Shown: positions 47,258-52,227 of the stretch, in pieces
How positions within the stretch are numbered: position 1 is the first letter of the stretch
How the letters are laid out: every line of letters starts with the position of its first letter
Assembly: GCA_964196475.1 (NCBI GenBank)
Contig: CAXMUI010000035.1
Coordinates: 1-52,227 of the forward strand
Source: an uncultured Acidimicrobiia bacterium
GTDB taxonomy: Bacteria > Actinomycetota > Acidimicrobiia > Acidimicrobiales > JAHEJN01
DNA length: 52,227 nucleotides
Direction: 5' to 3'
Program-made: the position numbers and the translations under genes
Notes under the pieces: generated by a model
What the model saw: the letters and a program-made list of their open reading frames with translations, nothing else
What the model was told of the DNA's origin: nothing
The model's database searches: none

Positions 47258-48268
47258 CTACTCGTCAAGATCTGCATAAAACCGCTCAGCAACATCAGGA
47301 TGAGAACGAAGTCTGGTCTTAAGGTTGTTGACACCAAAGGTCGCGTGCAGGTCATCACCATTTGTGTCTTTGCCTGCTCCCCCTGGCGCCATCGCAGCCA
47401 CATCAGCGGGCAGCTCAAACGCAGTGAACACGGACTCGTACCTCGGGTTGAAGAAATAGGCAATCGAGATCCGGTCTGGGCCCTGAGGAGGGCTGCTTAC
47501 GCGGTGCTTGGTGGCTTGAAAGTAGCCATCGGATGCCGTTTGCATCATCTCGCCCAGATTCATGACAAAGGCATCTTGACGCGATTCGATGTGGACGATT
47601 TGACCATCAATTTGGACCTCAAGTCCCGGGACATCGTTAGCCAGGATGAACGTGAGCAGCCCCGAGTCGTGGTGCAGACCCACGCCTTGATCCGAAGATC
47701 CCGACGCCACCGCCGGGTAGCGGACGAGTTTCACGTACGGGTCAGGACGCGGCGTAAACACGTGATCGAGAGCCGAAGGTTGTTGTCCTAGTGACACCGC
47801 AAGAGCCCGACACACCGCTGCACCCAGATTGCCCATTGCATCGAGCCATTCCTGGGCAACAGTCTGTAACTCAGGCAGGTCCGCTGGCCACTGGTTTGCC
47901 CCCCGCAGTCGCTGCCACGGGGGATCATCTAGGTTTGGATTGACGGGGTCGTCGTACCCGAACGCAATTTGTTCTCGAACATCGGAAACTCCTTGCGTGA
48001 GTTCGTTGCCAAGCTGCGTATATCCCCGAAACGCTGGGGATTGCCCGATCGACAGGGCCTGTTTGCTTGGGTTCGGCAGGGCAAAGAAACGGGTGCTTAG
48101 CGCGAGAAGGCGTTTGTTGAGGGCGGGGTCAACGCCATGACCAACGACCTGGCAGAATCCAGGCTCATGACTGGCGTCGCGCAACAGCCTTGCGGTTGCT
48201 TGTTGCTGCGAGGATGACGCTCCTGATCCGGTCCACGAGCTGATATCAACGACGGGTATGGACGACAT
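47258..48268 (-). CDS. 2-oxoglutarate/Fe(II)-dependent oxygenase (isopenicillin N synthase family)
   Basis: GLHHDSGLLTFIL (HxD), ATKHRV (distal His) and RISIAYF (2OG Arg/Ser) motifs. Confidence 0.85.
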   Translation of the reverse strand: MSSIPVVDISSWTGSGASSSQQQATARLLRDASHEPGFCQVVGHGVDPALNKRLLALSTRFFALPNPSKQALSIGQSPAFRGYTQLGNELTQGVSDVREQIAFGYDDPVNPNLDDPPWQRLRGANQWPADLPELQTVAQEWLDAMGNLGAAVCRALAVSLGQQPSALDHVFTPRPDPYVKLVRYPAVASGSSDQGVGLHHDSGLLTFILANDVPGLEVQIDGQIVHIESRQDAFVMNLGEMMQTASDGYFQATKHRVSSPPQGPDRISIAYFFNPRYESVFTAFELPADVAAMAPGGAGKDTNGDDLHATFGVNNLKTRLRSHPDVAERFYADLDE

Positions 48269-48277
48269 GTGCGGATC

Positions 48278-49201
48278 CTACGACGCGATGAAGGCGTTCA
48301 AGATGTCGGACATTTCTGGTCCGGCATCTTCTTGCAGGAAGTGCCCTGCGCCCCGAATGATGGTGTGGGGCTGCCCGGCGCAACCAGGCACACGTTCCAG
48401 GAACGCCTTTTCTCCCCCGTTGGTGATGGGGTCCCTGTCACTGAACATCATCAACACTGGCTTCGTGAACTGTCCGAGTACGTCCCATGCCGCTATGTTG
48501 GCGGCGCTTTCGGGGTCGTCCAGCGAGGTGGGCACCAACGACGGAAGAACACGGGCACCAGAGGTGTACGAATCGTCGGGAAATGGCGCCTCATAAGCGG
48601 CTTCAACCTCAGGACCTGGCTTACTCGTGGCCATTCCTGTCACAATCTTTCCAATCGGAAACGACGGCGAATTTTTGGCGAATTCTTGCCAATCGGTAAA
48701 TGCTTTAGGAGGTGTTCCGTGCCCAGTCGGTAGACCAGTGTTGCCGACCGCCACCCGGGCGTACCGGTCCGGATCGGCTGCCACTAAACGCAAACCAATT
48801 AGCCCTCCCCAGTCCTGACCAAAGAACGTTATGTCGTGAAGATCAAGTTCGTCAAAGATCGCGCCGGACATCCATTGAACTAGGCGGGCAAAGGTGTAAT
48901 CCGTTTTAAGCGCGGGCTTGTCACTGCGGCCAAAGCCGGGCAGATCCGGAACGATGACCCGATGCCCCGCAGCGACGAGTCCCGGAATCATAAACCGATA
49001 GAGGTAACCCCATGACGGCTCACCGTGCATAAGGAGCACCGGCGACGCGTCAGATGGACCCTCATCCAAATAGTGCACCCGCAATTCTCCGTCGTCACCA
49101 TCCGGAATGGTCAAATAATTGGGTTCAAACGCGAAATCAGGCAGATCAGTAAAGCGGTCGTCGGGCGTACGAAGGGATTCCATGTGGTGATTGTTCCACA
49201 T
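48278..49201 (-). CDS. haloalkane dehalogenase (HLD-I, DhlA-like alpha/beta hydrolase)
   Basis: HGEPSWGYLYRFMIP, PDLPGFGRSDKP, nucleophile/halide-Trp motif GQDWGG, and C-terminal GAGHFLQED. This closely follows the DhlA pattern as I recall it. Confidence 0.85.
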   Translation of the reverse strand: MWNNHHMESLRTPDDRFTDLPDFAFEPNYLTIPDGDDGELRVHYLDEGPSDASPVLLMHGEPSWGYLYRFMIPGLVAAGHRVIVPDLPGFGRSDKPALKTDYTFARLVQWMSGAIFDELDLHDITFFGQDWGGLIGLRLVAADPDRYARVAVGNTGLPTGHGTPPKAFTDWQEFAKNSPSFPIGKIVTGMATSKPGPEVEAAYEAPFPDDSYTSGARVLPSLVPTSLDDPESAANIAAWDVLGQFTKPVLMMFSDRDPITNGGEKAFLERVPGCAGQPHTIIRGAGHFLQEDAGPEMSDILNAFIAS

Positions 49202-49218
49202 GACAGGCGAAACCGTTC

Positions 49219-49253
49219 ACCGCAGTCGCTGTTCCTTTCGGCGACACTGCGGT
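49219..49253 (-). terminator. possible hairpin terminator after the CitE-like gene
   Basis: ACCGCAGT-CGC pairs with GCG-(AC)-ACTGCGGT (8+3 bp with a 2 nt bulge) and an 11 nt loop. There is no clear U-tract. Confidence 0.3.
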
Positions 49254-49272
49254 TGGTCCCGTGACGGAGGTC

Positions 49273-50199
49273 CTAGTCGACGTTTAGCCCACACATGCGC
49301 GCTCGGTCGAGCGTTACTTGAAATGCTCGCGCTGAGGCAGCGTCGATCATAATCCCATTGTGGTTAACGGCGCCCTTGCCGTCGGCTACTGCCTGATCCA
49401 TTGCCGCTACCACAGCCGCAGCTTCGGCTATAGCCGCTTCGCTGGGAGCGTACGCTTCGTTAGCAAGCGCCACCTGACTGGGGTGGATACACCATTTGCC
49501 TACCCCACCGAGGGTGGCAAACTGCGCGGCGGCTTGGCGGAATCCGTCTGGATTTCGAAAATCGGAATACACGCCATCGATAGCATCGATACCTGCCACA
49601 CGTGCGGCAATGATCATTTGGCTACGCGCGTAATACCAGACGTCGTTGGCTCCACCATCGGTTACGCCTATGTGCCCGAGTTGCATACCCTGGCTGCCTG
49701 CCAGATCGCCCATTCCCAAAATCATGGCTTCCAGCCGAGGGCTCGACTTGGCAATTTCGTTGACCGATGCCAAGGCCTCAACCTCCTCGATCAGCACTTC
49801 AAGTCCGATGCGACCGACTTCGAGACCGAGTTTGTGTTCCAACTGAGTAAGCAAGTCATCGACAAACCACACCTCGCGAGCTGTGCGAATCTTTGGCACG
49901 ATCACAATGTCGACGTTGGCCCCGGCCCCGGTGACGACATCGATCAGATCGTCATGACACCACGGAGTTTCGACCGCGTTGATTCGGTACCCGCGTGTCG
50001 TGCGTCCCCAATCATGCGTATTGAGGCCGGCAATGACATTTTGACGGGCCTGCACCTTCTGATCGGGCGCAACGGCATCTTCAAGATCGAGAAAGGCGAA
50101 ATCTGCTTCACTAGCCGCCGCCTGGCCGATCATTTTCGGACTCGATGCCGGCGTCGATAGTTCAGAACGGCGAATGCGATTGCGTTGCATGACTTCCAC
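49273..50199 (-). CDS. HpcH/HpaI aldolase / citrate lyase beta (CitE, malyl-CoA lyase-like) family protein
   Basis: Motifs AFLDLEDAV, RINA, IVVPKI, IEEVEAL, GDLAGS and CIHPSQV. Confidence 0.85.
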   Translation of the reverse strand: MEVMQRNRIRRSELSTPASSPKMIGQAAASEADFAFLDLEDAVAPDQKVQARQNVIAGLNTHDWGRTTRGYRINAVETPWCHDDLIDVVTGAGANVDIVIVPKIRTAREVWFVDDLLTQLEHKLGLEVGRIGLEVLIEEVEALASVNEIAKSSPRLEAMILGMGDLAGSQGMQLGHIGVTDGGANDVWYYARSQMIIAARVAGIDAIDGVYSDFRNPDGFRQAAAQFATLGGVGKWCIHPSQVALANEAYAPSEAAIAEAAAVVAAMDQAVADGKGAVNHNGIMIDAASARAFQVTLDRARMCGLNVD

Positions 50200-50277
50200 T
50201 GTAGGTCAGCCACGACCATCAAGTTGGGCGACGGATTTTAGCCGTTTAGTTCCACACTCCCAGCTACGCTCAGGCCA

Positions 50278-51009
50278 ATGGTCTCCCCCATCTCGATTCT
50301 CAAACACGTCGATCGTCAGGCCATCCGAGATTGCATGACCCTGTTCATTCCCGCAATTCCTTTTGGTTTCGTGCTGGGCCTGGCAATTACCGAAGGCGAC
50401 CTACCCACTGCTGTTGGTTGGTCGACCTCCCCGCTGATATTTGCCGGCGCAGCTCAGCTCACCATTATCACCCTGGCTGGAACTGCGTCACTTTGGGCCG
50501 TCATTGTTGCTGGCTTTGTCGTCAATACTCGTCATGTCATGTACAGCGCGGCTTTGTCACCCACTTTTCGCAAGCAACCTCGTTGGATGCGGTGGTTCGG
50601 CCCGTTTCTCCTACTGGACCAGACCTTTGCTCTTGTCTCGTTGAAGACCGACATGGAGCCAGCCGCATTTCGGAGGTACTACCTGACGGTGGGCGGTTTC
50701 TTCTACGTCACCTGGCAAATCATTACGCTGCTTGGCATAGCCATCGGCCCCGTGATCCCTGATGAGTGGCGTCTCGACTTTGCCGTTCCGATTATGTTCA
50801 TGGGCCTAGTACTGTTCGGCATCAATCGCATGCCCGCAGGCGTAGCCGCCATTGTTGGTGGCCTCGTCGGACTCGCTGCGGTTGGGTTGCAAGACCGTCT
50901 TGGCATTCTTGTCGGTGCACTTGCTGGTGTGCTCGCTGGATCAATCGCCGATTCTTTCGAAAACCGTCGCTCTGGAGCGGCCGACTCGATAGCGAACCCC
51001 GCGCCGTGA
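50278..51009 (+). CDS. azlC: AzlC family branched-chain amino acid exporter component
   Basis: 243 aa polytopic protein with LIFAGAAQL and NTRHVMYSAAL motifs, followed by a coupled azlD. Confidence 0.85.
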   Translation: MVSPISILKHVDRQAIRDCMTLFIPAIPFGFVLGLAITEGDLPTAVGWSTSPLIFAGAAQLTIITLAGTASLWAVIVAGFVVNTRHVMYSAALSPTFRKQPRWMRWFGPFLLLDQTFALVSLKTDMEPAAFRRYYLTVGGFFYVTWQIITLLGIAIGPVIPDEWRLDFAVPIMFMGLVLFGINRMPAGVAAIVGGLVGLAAVGLQDRLGILVGALAGVLAGSIADSFENRRSGAADSIANPAP

Positions 51010-51332
51010 ATGCGCTTCCTGCCTTCGCCATCGTTCTTAGTGTCGCTGTCGCCACATACGTCATGCGAGCAAGCCTCATTTTGTTGCTTGCCGAACGCAC
51101 CTTGCCACCGGTGGTCGAACGGTCGTTACGCTACGTCGGCCCTGCCGTACTTGCTGCGCTAACCGTGAGCTTCGCCGCCGGTTCCTCCGATGGAGGCCCA
51201 CCCAGCATTGCCTTTCCTGAGGCGGCCGCTCTTGTGATTGCGGGCGGTGTCGCATGGCGCTCCAAGAATCTCATCCTCACGCTACTCGTGGGCATGGTGA
51301 CCTTGTGGGTACTGACGTGGATGGGCCGCTAG
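51006..51332 (+). CDS. azlD: AzlD family small membrane protein
   Basis: GTG 51006 overlaps the azlC stop (GTGA). 108 aa, hydrophobic, with ATYVMRASLILL. It lies inside the longer shadow ORF 50766..51332. Confidence 0.75.
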   Translation: MNALPAFAIVLSVAVATYVMRASLILLLAERTLPPVVERSLRYVGPAVLAALTVSFAAGSSDGGPPSIAFPEAAALVIAGGVAWRSKNLILTLLVGMVTLWVLTWMGR

Positions 51333-51899
51333 CTAACCCGTAGCTGGTGCGCCGCCGTCGTGTGCTTCGGCGAGCACCTCACGCAACAAGCCGTTAGTGA
51401 CGTCGTACACAAAGCCTCGAATGTTCGCTTTGTGCTCAACGAACGGCGTCGCAGCCAGACGGACCATTGATTGACGGACATCGGCATAGGGATCGGTAAA
51501 CGACTCCAGAGACCACCAGGGTTTCATGCCAATTTCTGCTTCCAGGTCGGCTTTGAATTCGTCCTCAGAAAGATTGTGCAGACCACAATCTGTGTGATGC
51601 ATCAAAATGATCTCGCGGGTGCCCAAAAACCGTTGCGACAAACAGAGGGACCGGATCACGTCGTCGGTAATAACGCCCCCTGCATTGCGAATGATATGAG
51701 CCTCGCCCTTTTCCAGACCGAGGACCTGGAAGGTGTCAACACGGGAGTCCATGCACTCGACAATGGCCAGTTGCCGCGTCGGTGCGACCTGGAGGTCGGC
51801 ATCCTGGAAATGTGACGAATACGCGGCGTTGTTCGCCACGAGTTCGTCGGCGTTCGCAACAAAGGTGGACTGGTTTGATGTCTCGTCAGCGGGTCCCAT
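51333..51899 (-). CDS. beta-class carbonic anhydrase
   Basis: Zinc ligand motifs VECMDSRVD and HHTDCG. 188 aa. Confidence 0.9.
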   Translation of the reverse strand: MGPADETSNQSTFVANADELVANNAAYSSHFQDADLQVAPTRQLAIVECMDSRVDTFQVLGLEKGEAHIIRNAGGVITDDVIRSLCLSQRFLGTREIILMHHTDCGLHNLSEDEFKADLEAEIGMKPWWSLESFTDPYADVRQSMVRLAATPFVEHKANIRGFVYDVTNGLLREVLAEAHDGGAPATG

Positions 51900-51936
51900 A
51901 AACCCCTAATCTAGACGCCCAAACCCCATCACCACT

Positions 51937-51987
51937 CGTTCTCGGAGTGCTGGCGGTGCATACTGCACCGCCAGCACTCCGAGAACG
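51937..51987 (-). terminator. 24 bp perfect hairpin immediately after the ABC ATPase stop codon
   Basis: CGTTCTCGGAGTGCTGGCGGTGCA - TAC - TGCACCGCCAGCACTCCGAGAACG. The right arm abuts the TAA stop (51988..51990 on minus). There is no U-tract. Confidence 0.55.
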
Positions 51988-52227
51988 TTAAGAACGGGTG
52001 AGAATTTCGAGCTTTGGGAAATCTAATAGTGAGAAATTACTGTGCGACGCAATGCTCAGTGCTTCGTCTCGATCTAGTGATTCGGCCACCATGCCATCGC
52101 GGTCAAAGAGGATGAAACGATCGAATATGGCGGCGAACTCCCGATCGTGAGAAATGCACACGAGGGTCGCTTCCAGATCACTCAGAGCGACCTCGATAGA
52201 AAGGATCGATTCGAGGTCGAGGTTGTC
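51988..52227 (-). CDS. ABC transporter ATP-binding protein, C-terminal fragment (ABC-F-like; N-terminus beyond window end)
   Basis: Hand translation of the minus strand gives DNLDLESILSIEVALSDLEATLVCISHDREFAAIFDRFILFDRDG...TRS-stop, which is the D-loop/H-loop region (LDLES, SHDR). It is not in the ORF track because it is edge-truncated. Confidence 0.75.
   Translation of the reverse strand, partial: DNLDLESILSIEVALSDLEATLVCISHDREFAAIFDRFILFDRDGMVAESLDRDEALSIASHSNFSLLDFPKLEILTRS

Noticed and set aside
8276-50160. Many other long shadow ORFs inside or antisense to confident genes. Examples: 8333..8857, 14534..15163, 15659..16273, 21027..21626, 22088..22981, 25706..26362, 28148..28465, 35742..36254, 38917..39564, 40257..40916, 40549..41106, 43146..43637, 43932..44480, 44651..45268, 47300..47791, 49360..50160 and 50766..51005
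   Set aside because: This is typical high-GC frame-shadow behaviour. Each overlaps a gene with strong family motifs and shows skewed Arg/Ser/Pro/Ala composition without recognisable domains.
1-52227. Search for CRISPR arrays, IS elements or transposases, integrases, prophage genes, toxin-antitoxin pairs, known defence genes, tRNA and rRNA
   Set aside because: I found no spaced direct-repeat arrays, no DDE, serine or tyrosine recombinase motifs in any ORF, no tRNA-like cloverleaf in the short intergenic regions, and no rRNA-like sequence. The window looks like core chromosome rather than an accessory island.

Overview
This window looks like an ordinary chromosomal core region of a moderately high-GC Gram-positive organism, probably Actinomycetota (possibly Acidimicrobiia-like). 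The lineage call rests on tkt-tal with a long-type transaldolase, an F420-type LLM oxidoreductase, LCP, DUF2510-like and DUF3151-like proteins, and a split B12 acyl-CoA mutase with MeaB. Coding density is high and the content is mostly housekeeping or metabolic: tkt-tal, pyruvate kinase, gltBD, H+-pyrophosphatase, RNase D, MobA, a ClC channel, M18/M20/M23 peptidases, a paaABCDE oxygenase core, an SDR/amidohydrolase/2-hydroxyacid dehydrogenase cluster, a haloalkane dehalogenase, azlCD and a beta-carbonic anhydrase. I saw no rRNA, tRNA, CRISPR array, transposase, integrase or recognisable defence gene. The supplied ORF track misses two genes truncated by the window edges: a PBP4-like gene at 1..1012 (minus) and an ABC ATPase 3' end at 51988..52227 (minus). 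The one region the gene map does not explain is the 0.5 kb gap at 16284..16790. It carries a phased array of DnaA-box-like 9-mers, then a chain of GNRA- and UUCG-capped hairpins on the plus strand that ends in a terminator-like stem. I read this as a candidate large structured ncRNA of a class I cannot assign by eye. A second, oppositely oriented array of related 9-mers lies at 17432..17471. Lesser points are isobutyryl-CoA-mutase-type specificity residues in the B12 mutase, an internally deleted 3-hydroxyanthranilate dioxygenase relic, and a structured leader upstream of the M23 peptidase gene. All calls come from reading the sequence and from motif memory; no database search was run.
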